A DNA stretch of 64,000 nucleotides, taken from the NCBI GenBank assembly GCA_030390025.1, contig JASTWF010000353.1, positions 310,001 to 374,000 of the forward strand, written 5' to 3'. A program made the translations under genes and the position numbers. Shown in pieces: positions 1 through 12,779 of this stretch. The stretch is from Squalus acanthias (lineage: Eukaryota). The first letter of the stretch is position 1, and each line of letters begins with the position of its first letter. The notes under the pieces were generated by a model. That model was not told where the DNA came from, did not search any database, and was given only the letters and a program-made list of their open reading frames with translations.

Positions 1-3000
1 GTAACGGACTCTAACGCAGTGTGTAATATACATTGCAGATGCTAACGCCGTGTGTAATCTATGTTACAGACTCCAAGCAGTGTGAAATCTATGTTACAGA
101 CTCTAACGCAGTGTGTAATATACGTTGCAGACTCTAACGCCGTGTGTAATCTATGTTACAGACTCTAACGCAGTGTGTAATATACGTTGCAGACTCTAAC
201 GCCGTGTGTAATCTATGTTACAGACTCTAACGCAGTGTGTTATCTATGTTACAGACTCTAACGCAGTGTGTAATCTGTGTTACAGACTCTAACGCAGTGT
301 GTGCTCTACGTTACAGACTCTAACGCAGTGTGTAATATATGTTACAGACTCTAACGCAGTGTGTAATCTATGTTACAGACTCTAATGCAGTGTGTAATGT
401 ATGTTACAGACACTAACGCAGTGTGTAATCTATGTTACAGACTCTAACGCAGTGTGTAATCTATGTTACAGACTGTAACGCAGTGTGTAATCTATGTTAC
501 AGACTCTAATGCAGTGTGTAATATATGTTACAGACTCTAACGCAGTGTGTAATATATGTTACAGACTCTAATGCAGTGTGTAATCTATGTTACAGACTCT
601 AACGCAGTGTGTAATGTATGTTAAAGACTCTAACGCAGTGTGTAATATATGTTACAGACTCTAACGCAGTGTGTAATTTATGTTGAAGACTCTAACGCAG
701 TGTGCAATGTATGTTAAAGACTCTAACGCAGTGTGAAATCTATGTTACAGACTCTAACGCAGTGTGAAATCTATGTTACAGACTCTAACGCAGTGTGTCA
801 TCTATGTTACAGACTTTAACACAGTGTGTCATCTTTATTACAGACTCTAACGCAGTGTGAAATCTATGCTACAGACTGTAACGCAGTGTGTGATCTATGT
901 TCCAGACTCTAACGCAGTGTGTAATATAAGTTGCAGACTGTAATGCAGTGTGTAATATACATTGCAGACTCTAACGCAGTGTGTAATCTATGTTACAGAC
1001 TCTAACGCAGTGTGTAATATATGTAACAGACTCTAACGCAGTGTGTAATATACATTGCAGAAGCTAACGCCGTGTGTAATCTATGTTACAGACTCTACCG
1101 CAGTGTGAAATCTATGTTACAGACTCTAACGCAGTGTGTAATATACGTTGCAGACTCTAACGCCGTGTGTAATCTATGTTACAGACTCTAACGCAGTGTG
1201 TAATCTATGTTACAGACACTAAAGCTGTGTGTAATCTATGTTACAGACTCTAACGCAGTGTGTAATATATGTTACAGACTCTAATGCAATGTGTAATCTA
1301 TGTTACAGACAATAACGCAGTGTGTAATATATGTTGCAGACTCTAACGCAGAGTGTAATATATGTTACAGACTCCAAAGCCGTGTGTAATATGGGATACA
1401 AACACGAAAGCAGTGTGTAATATAAGTTACAGACCCTAACGCAGTGTGTAATCTATGTTACAGACTCTAACGCAGTGTGTAATCTATGTTACAGACTCTA
1501 ACGCAGTGTGTAATCTATGTTACAGACTCCAACGCAGTGTGTAATCTATGTTACAGACACTAACGCAGTGTGTCATATATGTTCGACACTAACGCAGTGT
1601 GTAATCTATGTTCCAGACTCTAACGCTGTTTCTAATATATGTTACAGACTCTAACGCAGTGTGTAATCTATGTTACAGACTCTAATGCAGTGTGTAATCT
1701 ATGTGACAGACTCTAACGCAGTGTGTTATCTACGTTACAGACTCTAACGCAGTGTGTAATATATGATACGGACTCTAACGCAGTGTGTAATCTATGTTAC
1801 AGACCCTAACGCAGTGTGTAATCTATGTTACAGACGCTAACGTAGTGTGTAATGTACGTTACAGACTCTAAAGCAGTGTGCAATCTATGTTACAGAGTCT
1901 AACGCAGTGTGTAATCTATGTTACAGACTCTAACACAGTGTTTAATCTATGTTACAGACTCTAACGCAGTGTGTAATGTATGTCAGACTCTAATGCAGTG
2001 TGTAATATATGTTACAGACTCTAATGCAGTGTGTAATCGATGTTTCAGACTCTATCGCAGTGTGTAATCAATGTTACAGACTCTAGCGCAGTGTGTAATC
2101 TATGTTACAGACTCTAATGCAGTGTGTAATTTATGTTACACACTCCAACGCAGTGTGTAATCTATGTTACAGACACTAACACAGTGTGTAAAATATGTTC
2201 GACACTAACGCTGTGTGTAATCTATGTTACAGACTCTAACGCTGTGTGTAATCTATGTTACAGACACTAACGCAGTGTGTAATCTATGTTACAGACTCTA
2301 ACGCAGTGTGTAATCTATGTTACAGACTCTAACGCAGTGTGTAATCTATGTTACAGACTCTAACGCAGTGTGTAATCTATGTTACAGACTCTAACGCAGT
2401 GTGTAATCTATGTTACAGACTCCAACGCAGTGTGTAATCTATGTTACAGACTCTAACGCAGTATGTAATTTATGTTACAGACTCTAACGCAGTGTGTAAT
2501 CTATGTTACAGAATCTAACGCAGTGTGTAATCTATGTTACCGACTCTAACGTAGTGTGTAATATATGTTACAGACTCTAACGCAGTGTGTAAACTATGTT
2601 ACAGACTCCAACGCAGTGTGTAATCTATGTTACAGACACTAACGCAGTGTGTCATATATGTTCGACACTAACGCTGTGTGTAATCAATGTTACAGACACT
2701 AACGCAGTGTGTAATCTATGTTACAGACTCTAACGCTGTGTGTAATCTATGTTACAGACTCTAACGCAGTGTGTAATCTATGTTACAGACTCTAACGCAG
2801 TGTGTAAACTATGTTACAGACTCCAACGCAGTGTGTAATCTATGTTACAGACTCTAACGCAGTATGTAATCTATGTTACAGACTCTAACGTAGTGTGTAA
2901 TCTATGTTACAGAGTCTAACGCAGTGTGTAATCTATGTTACCGACTCTAACGCAGTATGTAATATATCTTACAGACTCTAATGCAGTGTGTAATATATGT

Positions 3001-5740
3001 TACAGACTCTAACGCAGTGTGTTATCTATGTTACCGACTCTAACACAGTGTGTAATATGTGATACAGACTCTAACGCTGTGTGTAATCTATGTTACAGAC
3101 TCTAACGCAGTGTGTAATATATGATACAGACTGTAACGCAGTGTGTAATCTCGGTTACAGACTCTAACGCAGTGTGTAATATACGTTACAGACTCTAACG
3201 CAGTGTGTAATCTATGTTACAGACTCTAATGCAGTGTGTAATGTATGTTACAGACACTAACGCAGTGTGTAATCTATGTTACAGACTCTAACGCAGTGTG
3301 TAATTTATGTTACAGACTCTAACGCAGTGTGTAATCTATGTTCCAGACTCTAACACAGTGTGTAATCTATGTTACAGACTCTAACGCAGTGTGTAATCTA
3401 TGTTACAGTCTCTGACGCAGTGTGAAATCTATGTTACAGACTCCAACACAGTGTGTCATCTTTGTTACAGACTCCAACGCAGTGTGTCATCTTTATTACA
3501 GACTCTAACGCAGTGTGAAATCTATGCTACAGACTGTAACGCAGTGTGTAATATACGTTGCAGACTCTAACGCCGTGTGTAATCTATGTTACAGACTCTA
3601 ACGTAGTGTGTAATATATGTAACAGACTCTAACGCAGTGTGTACTATACATTGCAGACGCTAACGCCGTGTGTAATCTATGTTACAGACTCTAACGCAGT
3701 GTGAAATCTAGGTTACAGACTCTAACGCAGTGTGTAATATACGTTGCAGACTCTAACGCCGTGTGTAATCTATGTTACAGACTCTAACGCAGTGTGTAAT
3801 CTATGTTACAGACTCTAACGCAGTGTGTAATCTATGTTACAGACTGTAACGCAGTGTGTAATCTATGTTACAGACTCTAACGCAGTGTGTAATCTATGTT
3901 ACAGACTCTGACGCTGTTTGTAATATATGTTACAGACTCTAACGCAGTGTGTAATATATGTTACAGACTCTAATGCAGTGTGTAATCTATGTTACAGACT
4001 CTAACGCAGTGTGTAATATATGATACGGACTCTAACGCAGTGTGTAATCTATGTTACAGACTCTAACGCAGTGTGTAATCTATGTTACCGACTCTAACGC
4101 AGTGTGTAATATATCTTACAGACTCTAATGTAGTGTGTAATATATGTTAGACTCTAACGCAGTGTGTAATCTATGTTACCGACTCTAACGCAGTGTGTAA
4201 TCTATGTTACAGACTTTAACGCAGTGTGTTATCTATGTTACAGACTCTAACGCAGTGTGTAATATGTGATACAGACTCTAACGCTGTGTGTAATCTATGT
4301 TATAGAGTCTAACGCAGTGTGTAATATATGATACAGACTGTAACGCAGTGTGTAATCTCGGTTACAGACTCTAACGCAGTGTGTAATATACGTTACTGTC
4401 TCTAACGCAGTGTGTAATCTATGTTACAGACTCTAATGCAGTGTGTAATGTATGTTACAGACACTAACGCAGTGTGTAATCTATGTTACAGACTCTAACG
4501 CAGTGTGTAATCTATGTTACAGACTCTAACGCAGTGTGTAATCTATGTTCCAGACTCTAACGCAGTGTGTAATCTATGTTCCAGACTCTAACACAGTGTG
4601 TAATCTATGTTACAGACTCTAACACAGTGTGTAATCTATGTTACAGACTCTAACGCAGTGTGAAATCTATGTTACAGACTCCAACGCAGTGTGTCATCTA
4701 TGTTACAGACTCCAACGCAGTGTGTCATCTTTATTACAGACTCTAACGCAGTGTGAAATCTATGCTACAGACTGTAACGCAGTGTGTAATATACGTTGCA
4801 GACTCTAACGCCGTGTGTAATCTATGTTACAGACTCTAACGCAGTGTGTAATATATGTAACAGACTCTAACGCAGTGTAATATACATTGCAGACGCTAAC
4901 GCCGTGTGTAATCTATGTTACAGACTCTAACGCAGTGTGAAATCTATGTTACAGACTCTAACGCAGTGTGTAATATACGTTGCAGACTGTAACGCAGTGT
5001 GTAATCTATATATGTTACAGACTCTAACGCAGTGTGTAATCTATGTTACAGACTCTGACGCTGTTTGTAATATATGTTACAGACTCTAACGCAGTGTGTA
5101 ATCTATGTTACAGACTCTAATGCAGTGTGTAATCTATGTTACAGACTCTAACGCAGTGTGTTATCTATGTTACAGACTCTAACGCAGTGTGTAATCTACG
5201 TTACAGACTCTAACGCAGTGTGTAATATATGATACGGACTCTAACGCAGTGTGTAATCTGTGTTACAGCCTCTAACGCAGTGTGTAATATATGGTACAGA
5301 CTGTAACGCAGTGTGTAATCTATGTTACAGACACTAACGCTGTGTGTAATCTACGTTGCAGACTCTAACGCAGTGTGTAATATACGTTACAGACTCTAAC
5401 GCAATGTGTAATCTATGTTACAGACCCTAAGGCAGTGTGTAATGTATGTTACAGACTCTAACGCAGTGTGTAATCTATGTTACAGACTCTAACGCAGTGT
5501 GTAATATATGTTACAGACTCCAAAGCCGTGTGTAATATGGGATACAAACACGAAAGCAGTGTGTAATATAAGTTACAGACCCTAACGCAGTGTGTAATAT
5601 AAGTTACAGACTCTAACGCAGTGTGTAATCCATGTTACAGACTCTAACGCAGTGTGTAATATACGTTACAGACTCTAACGCAGTGTGTAATATACGTTAC
5701 AGACTCTAACGCTATGTTACAGACTCTAACGCAGTGTGTA
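1..5740. repeat. 31-bp tandem repeat array, consensus GTTACAGACTCTAACGCAGTGTGTAATCTAT; runs off the window start
   Basis: Unit is directly visible with scattered substitutions. The rare variant GGGATACAAACACGAAAGC recurs at 1393 and 5539. Confidence 0.97.
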
Positions 5741-5818
5741 ATTCAGATATATGATGAACTTTACGATTGTGAGCTGTGATGGGATTCTCTGAATTTCTGT
5801 TCTATTTTTCTTTCCCAG

Positions 5819-8296
5819 CCAGTGCTTGTGTCGGTGTGCCCTGGAGCGCTGCGCCCTGCACTTGATACTGGAACTCTGCCATTCCTGTTGTTGCCTGCAG
5901 ATCATTCCCAGACAGCTCCTCCTGCTTTCAGCTGTCAACTGCAGATCTGTGGACTAAAGGACGAGGGGATGCCAAGCTCAAAGTGTCCACAGCCCAGCGT
6001 TCTCCTTCTGCCTGCCGGGCTCTCCTCGATGCTGCTTCGCTGGCCGTTCACCACGCCCGCAGTGCCCGCAGTGCCCGCAGTGCCCACTGCCCCCACTGTC
6101 CCCGCAGTGCCCACTGCCCCCACTGTTCCCACTGCCCCCACTGCCCCCGCAGTGCCCACTGCCCCCACTGCCCCCACTGCCCCCGCAGTGCCCGCAGTGC
6201 CCACTGCCCCCACTGCCCCCACTGCCCCCACTGTCCCCGCAGTGCCCACTGCCCCCACTGTTCCCACTGCCCCCACTGCCCCCGCAGTGCCCACTGCCCC
6301 CACTGCCCCCACTGCCCCCGCAGTGCCCGCAGTGCCCACTGCCCCCACTGTTCCCACTGCCCCCACTGTCCCCGCAGTGCCCACTGCCCCCACTGTCCCC
6401 ACTGCCCCCGCTGCCCCCACTGTCCCCGCAGTGCCCACTGCCCTCACTGCCCCCGCTGCCCCCGCAGTGCCCGCAGTGCCCACTGCCCCCACTGTCCCCA
6501 CTGCCCCCACTGTCCCCGCAGTGCCCACTGCCCCCACTGTTCCCACTGCCCCCACTGCCCCCGCAGTGCCCACTGCCCCCACTGCCCCCGCTGTTCCCAC
6601 TGCCCCCACTGCCCCCGCAGTGCCCACTGCCCCCACTGTCCCCACTGCCCCCACTGTCCCCGCAGTGCCCACTGCCCCCACTGTTCCCACTGCCCCCACT
6701 GCCCCCGCAGTGCCCACTGCCCCCACTGCCCCCACTGTTCCCACTGCCCCCACTGCCCCCGCAGTGCCCACTGCCCTCACTGCCCCCGCTGCCCCCGCAG
6801 TGCCCGCAGTGCCCACTGCCCCCACTGTTCCCACTGCCCCCACTGCCCCCGCAGTGCCCACTGCCCCCACTGTTCCCACTGCCCCCGCAGTGCCCACTGC
6901 CCCCACTGCCCCCACTGTCCCCGCAGTGCCCACTGCCCCCACTGTTCCCACTGCCCCCACTGCCCCCGCAGTGCCCACTGCCCTCACTGCCCCCGCTGCC
7001 CCCGCAGTGCCCGCAGTGCCCACTGCCCCCACTGTTCCCACTGCCCCCACTGCCCCCGCAGTGCCCACTGCCCCCACTGTTCCCACTGCCCCCACTGCCC
7101 CCGCAGTGCCCACTGCCCCCACTGTTCCCACTGCCCCCACTGCCCCCGCAGTGCCCACTGCCCCCACTGCCCCCACTGCCCCCGCAAAGCCCGCTGTCCC
7201 CGCAGTGCCAGCAGTGAATGTTTGTTTTCAGGAGCCACAGGTGTCTTCGCCTGCATTTGGTGTTGCTGAAGGCCAGGATTGGATTTTTAGAGAGACGCAT
7301 GCTGCGGGGAATACTTGGGGTGCGAACCGCACCAGCCCTGGTCTGACAATGCTGGAGAGCAGCGGCCTAGACAGCATCGAGCCTCCTGCCCTCTTAACTG
7401 CTGCACAATTCAAACACTCAGAATCTTTGGATACTGAGCGGCAGAAATTCCTTCAGCAAACAAGCCTCCTGCCCCCTCCCCCCAGTCAGTCTGACCTCCT
7501 TCCCCCTCCCCCCAGTCAGTCTGACCTCCTTCCCCCTCCCCCCAGTCAGTCTGACCTCCTTCCCCCTCCCCCCAGTCAGTCTGACCTCACTCCCCCTCCT
7601 CCCAGTCAGTCTGGTCTCCTGGCCCCTCCCTCCACTCAGTCTGGTCTCCTGGCCCCTCCCCCCAGTCAGTCTGGTCTCCTGGCCCCTCCCCCCAGTCAGT
7701 CTGGTCTCCTGGCCCCTCCCCCCAGTCAGTCTGGTCTCCTGGCCCCTCCCCCCACTCAGTCTGGTCTCCTGGCCCCTCCCCCCACTCAGTCTGGTCTCCT
7801 GGCCCCTCCCCCCAGTCAGTCTGGTCTCCTGGCCCCTCCCCCCAGTCAGTCTGGTCTCCTGGCCCCTCCCCCCCATCAGTCTGGTCTCCTGGCCCCTCCC
7901 CCTATTCAGTCTGGTCTCCTGGCCCCTCCCCCCAGTCATTCTGGTCTCCTGGCCCCTCCCCCCAGTCAGTCTGGTCTCCTGCCCCCCCCCCCCAGTCAGT
8001 CTGGTCTCCTGGCCCCTCCCCACAGTCAGTCTGGTCTCCTGGCCCCATCTGCCAGTGGGCCATCCATCCCTGAGGATGGGGCCTGGATTAAATACAAGAA
8101 GTCCCAGTGGATTGACGGGAAGAGCAATGAGGGAATGTGTGAAGCCCAGGACCTCCCCAGTGCTGCATTTCCAAACAGGCGGAGGCGGGTGAAGTCTCTG
8201 GAGCTGACAAGGAGACAGCAGCGAGTGGAGAAGGAGGACAGCAGCAGTGATGAAGACAGACTTGTCATTGAGACTGAATGGATATGGGAGAAATGA
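5819..8296 (+). CDS. Probable large terminal coding exon of an unidentified host gene; Pro/Thr/Ala-rich repeats and acidic C-terminus (SSSDEDRLVIETEWIWEK)
   Basis: Polypyrimidine tract plus AG (ttctatttttctttcccAG, 5817-5818) is in phase 0 with the 824-aa ORF. The frame stays open through unique sequence on both sides of two repeats whose units are multiples of 3. No ATG at the start. Possible variant poly(A) signal TATAAA at 8555-8560. Confidence 0.55.
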   Translation, partial: PVLVSVCPGALRPALDTGTLPFLLLPADHSQTAPPAFSCQLQICGLKDEGMPSSKCPQPSVLLLPAGLSSMLLRWPFTTPAVPAVPAVPTAPTVPAVPTAPTVPTAPTAPAVPTAPTAPTAPAVPAVPTAPTAPTAPTVPAVPTAPTVPTAPTAPAVPTAPTAPTAPAVPAVPTAPTVPTAPTVPAVPTAPTVPTAPAAPTVPAVPTALTAPAAPAVPAVPTAPTVPTAPTVPAVPTAPTVPTAPTAPAVPTAPTAPAVPTAPTAPAVPTAPTVPTAPTVPAVPTAPTVPTAPTAPAVPTAPTAPTVPTAPTAPAVPTALTAPAAPAVPAVPTAPTVPTAPTAPAVPTAPTVPTAPAVPTAPTAPTVPAVPTAPTVPTAPTAPAVPTALTAPAAPAVPAVPTAPTVPTAPTAPAVPTAPTVPTAPTAPAVPTAPTVPTAPTAPAVPTAPTAPTAPAKPAVPAVPAVNVCFQEPQVSSPAFGVAEGQDWIFRETHAAGNTWGANRTSPGLTMLESSGLDSIEPPALLTAAQFKHSESLDTERQKFLQQTSLLPPPPSQSDLLPPPPSQSDLLPPPPSQSDLLPPPPSQSDLTPPPPSQSGLLAPPSTQSGLLAPPPSQSGLLAPPPSQSGLLAPPPSQSGLLAPPPTQSGLLAPPPTQSGLLAPPPSQSGLLAPPPSQSGLLAPPPHQSGLLAPPPIQSGLLAPPPSHSGLLAPPPSQSGLLPPPPSQSGLLAPPHSQSGLLAPSASGPSIPEDGAWIKYKKSQWIDGKSNEGMCEAQDLPSAAFPNRRRRVKSLELTRRQQRVEKEDSSSDEDRLVIETEWIWEK
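6055..7212 (+). repeat. Coding minisatellite of 9-bp units (PTA/PAV/PTV)
   Basis: cccactgcc / cccgcagtg / cccactgtt units in mixed order. Confidence 0.95.
7466..8046 (+). repeat. Coding minisatellite of 30-bp units (LLAPPPSQSG), about 19 copies
   Basis: ctcctggcccctccccccagtcagtctggt tandem copies. Confidence 0.95.
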
Positions 8297-8870
8297 ATGG
8301 CCAAACCTGCTGAGGATGTGACTGGACATTGGTGCTTGATGTTAACAGATTCTGTAGAGAGACTGCGGCTTGTAACTGGAGGAGTATTTCCCCGCACAGA
8401 TGGTAAAGGTGGCTAAACCTGATGTACAATGGAGCTATTGGATGTGTTGATTTTCTGTAGCCAGCTGGCGGTCGAGACTTTCGTCCTGTGTTTGTGAAGT
8501 GGAGGGAATGACAGTGCAAAATGTCAGTGTTTTCTCAGCTGCCCCCGGTGACGGTATAAAGCGTTTATATTTCTTCAGTGCGTCTCTCATTCAGGGTGTG
8601 GTCTCGAAGTGTCCAACTGACAATTGCACAACTTCCTCTCCCCCAGAAAAGATTGGCCTAGAAATTTGATTCGGAGGCTTGCCGCGGGGGTAAGGACACG
8701 CGCGATATCACCCACCGCGCCTGCCGTTGTGTTTTGGGCCCACAGGAACTTCGGGTCCTGGGCCTCTCACAACTGCCGGCGCGCAGTGCTTGCGTGTTCC
8801 GGGGCGCAGTTAGTGCGATGCGACCCCTGGGATCACGTGGGCCATGGAGAGCCAATGGCAGCAGACCATC

Positions 8871-9392
8871 TTTCATTCATAGATTTGAGAAGTCGCACAA
8901 CACCAGGTTATAGTCCAACAGATTTATTTAATTTTACAAGCTTTCGAAGCAGTTCGCTCCTTCGTCAGGTAAGTTAGCAATGAGAGAATCTCCCAGAATT
9001 CACAATTTAAACCCAGACAAAATCTATTCACATTATTCCCTACAACAAAGAGCACAGCCAAGACAATGAGATGTGTCCCAGGGGGTCCAACGTGTCAAAC
9101 CACCTGCTGGCTGCATATCCTGTCAATTTGTGTTCTTGTGTTAGTCTTTTTAAGAAAAAAAAAACACCTGGGAAGACCGGCCATGATGTCAAGTCACGTT
9201 CTGTATCGTGACATGAACCCAATATCGCGATTGAGGCCATCCTCATGAGTGCGGAACTTGGCTATCAGTTTCTGCTCTATGATTTTGCGCTGTCGTGTAT
9301 CTCGAAGGCCGCCTTGGAGAACGCTTACCCGCAGATCCGAGGCTGAATGCCCCTGGCTGCTGAAGGAGACCTGTCAAATCTATGAATTGAAA
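8871..9392 (-). mobile_element. Penelope-like element 3' fragment (GIY-YIG C-terminal remnant plus pLTR with hammerhead motif), short inverted ends
   Basis: About 9190-9365 is homologous to the remnant at 30315-30485. The pLTR end gtcgcacaacaccaggttatagtccaaca is shared with the other copies. 8871-8897 is an imperfect inverted copy of 9366-9392. Confidence 0.8.
8934..8972 (-). ncRNA. Minimal hammerhead ribozyme motif in Penelope pLTR
   Basis: Minus strand reads ttac-CTGACGA-a-ggagc..gcttc-GAAA-gctt-gtaa. Confidence 0.65.
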
Positions 9393-12300
9393 TCGGCCCC
9401 AAAAGAACAGCTAAACCTCAAATAAATTTTTAAAAAAACCATCACATTAATAAAATAACTAGTTAAATAAATTAACCACTTTAAAAAAAAATTTAAATTT
9501 TTGAAAAAATTAAAATACTTTTTAAAAGTTATAAAAATAAACTTACCTTTCTTTAAAGTCTCTAAAAAAGATAAACCAGTTGAAAAAAATTTAAAATTAT
9601 ACTTAATTAACTACTTACATTGTTCAAAAGGGGTCTTACGCCTCCTTTTTACTAGCGTAGAATCTTCCACAATTACCCTCGCGTTGAAACCTGAAAAAAA
9701 ACCTAAGTGTGCTGCGTGCGCGCAGCCACTAGTGCGCACGCGGTTCACCTAGGAACCGCCCCCTTCACCATACCGGAAGTGCCGGTTTCCCGCGCATGCG
9801 CAGTGCATGCAGGAAACCGGCACTTCGGGACCCAATACGGGTGAGTACACACTGAGTACTCACCCGGGAACGGCAGAATTTTTGGGCCAATATCACGAAC
9901 CACCATCAACACTGACACAGAGCAGCTCCTCACACTGCACCAGGCTGACGTTCCCAGCAATTCACTGGCAGGCCGATTATTGTACTTCACCTGTTTGGAA
10001 TGCATCTGGTTTGGAAACCCAGGGCAGGTACAGCACGGGTTAGATACAGAGTAAAGCTCCCTCGACACTGTCCCATCAAACACTCCCAGGGCAGGTACAG
10101 CACGGGTTAGATACAGAGTAAAGCTCCTTCAACACTGTCCCATCAAGCACTCCCAGGGCAGGTACAGCACGGGTTAGATACAGAGTAAAGCTGCCTCTAC
10201 ACTGTCCCATCAAACACTCCCAGGGCAGGTACAGCACGGGTGAGATACAGAGTAAAGCTCCCTCTACACTGTCCCATCAATCACTCCCATGGCAGTACAA
10301 CATGGGTTAGATACAGAGTAAAGCTCCCTCTACACTGTCCCATCAACAACTCCCAGGGCAGGTACAGCACGGTTTAGATACAGAGTAAAGCTCCCTCTAC
10401 ACTGTCCCCATCAAACACTCCCAGGGCAGTTACAGCACGGGTTAAATACAGAGTAAAGCTCCCTATACACTGTCCCATCAAACACTCCCACGGCAGGTAC
10501 AGCACGGGTTAGATACAGAGTAAAGCTCCCTACACACTGTCCCATCAAACACTCCCAGGGCAGTTACAGCACGGGTTAGATACAGAGTTAAGCTCCCTCT
10601 ACACTGTCCCATCAAACACTCCCAGGGCAGGGACAGCATGGGTTAGATACAGAGTAAAGCTCCCTCTACACTCTCCCATCAAACACTCAAAGGGCAGGTA
10701 AAGCACGCGTTAGATGCAGAGTAAAGCTCCCTCTACACTGTCCCATCAAACACTCCCAGGGCAGGTACAGCACGGGTTAGATACAGAGTAAATCTCCGTC
10801 TACACTGTCCCCATCAAACACTCCCAGGGCAGGTACAGCACGGGTTAGATACAGAGTAAAGTTCCATCTACACTGTCCCATCAAATACTCCCAGGGCAGG
10901 TACAGCACGGGTTAGATACAGAGTAAAGCTCCCTCTACACTGTCCCCATCAAACACTCCCACGGCAGGTACAGCACGGGTTAGATAGAGAGTAAAGCTCC
11001 CTCTACACTGTCCCCATCAAACACTCCCAGGGCAGGTACAGCACGGGTTAGATACAGAGTAAAGCTCCCTCTACACTTTCAAATCAAACACTCCCAGAGC
11101 AGGTACAGCACGGGTTAGATACAGAGTAAAGCTCTCTCTACCCTGTCCCATCAAACACTCCCAGGGCAGGGACAGCACGGGTTAGATACAGAGTAAAGCT
11201 TCCTCTACACTGTCCCATCAAGAACTCCCAGGGCAGGTACAGCACGGGTTAGATACAGAGTAAAGCTCCCTCTACACTGTCCAATCAAACACTCCCAGGG
11301 CAGGTACAGCACGGGTTAGATACAGAGTAAAGCTCCGTCTTCACTGACCCATCAAACACTCCCAGGGCAGGTACAGCCTCGTTTAGATACACAGTAAAGA
11401 TCCCTCTACACTGTACCATCAAACACTCCCACGGCAGGTACAGCACGGGTTAGATACAGAGTAAAGCTCCCTCCAAACTGACCCATCAAACACTCCCAGG
11501 GCAGTGACAGCATGAGTTAGATACAGAGTAAAGCTCCCTCTACACTCTCCTATCAAACACTCCCAGGGCAGTTACAGCACGGGTTAGATACAGAGTAAAG
11601 CTCCCTCTACACTGTCCCATCAAGCACTCCCAGGGCAGGTACAGCACGGGTTTGATACCGAGTAAAGCTCCCTCTACACTGTCCCATCAAACACTCCCAG
11701 GGCAGGTACAGCACGGGTTAGATACAGAGTAAAGCTCCCTCCACACTGTCCCATCAAACACTCCCAGGGCAGGTACAGCTCGGGGTTAGATACAGAGTGA
11801 AACTCCCTCTACACTGTCCCATCAAACACTCCCGGGGCAGGCACAGCACGGGGTAGATACAGAGAAAAGCTCCCTCTACACTGTCCCATCAAACACTCCC
11901 AGGGCAGGTACAGCACGTGTTAGATACAGAGTAAAGCTCCCTCTACACTGTCCCATCAAAAACTCCCAGGGCAGCTACAGCACGGGTTAGAAAAAGATTA
12001 AAGCTCCCTCTACACTCTCCCCATCAAACAGTCCCAGAGCAGGTACAGCACAGGTTAGATACAGAGTAAAGCTCCCTCTAGACTGTCCTATCAAACACTC
12101 CCAGGGCAGGTACAGCACGGGTTAGATACAGAGTAAGATCCGTCTTCACTGACCCATCAAACACTCCCAGGGCAGGTACAGCCTGGGTTAGATACACAGT
12201 AAAGATCCCTCTACACTGTACCATCAAACACTTCCACGGCAGGTACAGCACGGGTTAGATACAGAGTAAAGTTCCCTCCAAACTGTCCCATCAAACACTC

Positions 12301-12567
12301 CCAGGGCAGTTACAGCACGGGTTAGATACAGAGCAAAGCTCCCTCTACACTGTCCGATCAAACACTCTCATGGCCGGGACAGCATGGGTTAGATACAGAG
12401 TAAAGCTCCCTCTACACTCTCCCATCAAACAGACCCGGGGCAGGTACAGCACGGGTTAGATACAGAGTAAAGCTCCCTCTACACTGTCCCCATCAAACAC
12501 TCCCAGGGCAGGTACAGCACGGGTTAGATGCAGAGTAAAGCTCCCTCTACACTGTCTCATCAAACAC

Positions 12568-12779
12568 TGAGAGGTCGCACAACACCAGGTTATAGTCCAA
12601 CAGTTTTATTTGAAATCACAAGCTTTCGGAGCTATCGATTTGCTCCTTCACCCGAGGAAGGAGCAAATCGATAGCTCCGAAAGCTTGTGATTTCAAATAA
12701 AACTGTTGGACTATAACCTGGTGTTGTGCGACCTCTCAATTTTGTCCACCCCAGTCCAACACCGGCATCTCCGCATCAT
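12568..12779. mobile_element. Penelope pLTR insertion forming a perfect 82-bp inverted repeat
   Basis: Arms 12568-12649 and 12657-12738 with a 7-nt loop, then the tail ...ccgcatcat. Flanked by a duplicated catcaaacac. Confidence 0.9.

Larger units (their letters stand above)
8652..9891. mobile_element. Possible non-autonomous DNA transposon (MITE-like), interrupted by a Penelope fragment
   Basis: Imperfect terminal inverted repeats attggcctagaaattt (8652-8667) and gaatttttgggccaat (9876-9891), 13/16 match. AT-rich core and GC-rich subterminal palindromes. Confidence 0.4.

Noticed and set aside
1..5740. 31-bp array as a CRISPR array
   Set aside because: Monomers are head-to-tail with no unique spacers, there are no cas genes and the context is eukaryotic.
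5935..7300. Alternative-frame and antisense ORFs (GAVGT, GGSGHC and HCP repeats)
   Set aside because: They are by-products of a stop-free 9-bp repeat and end shortly outside it.
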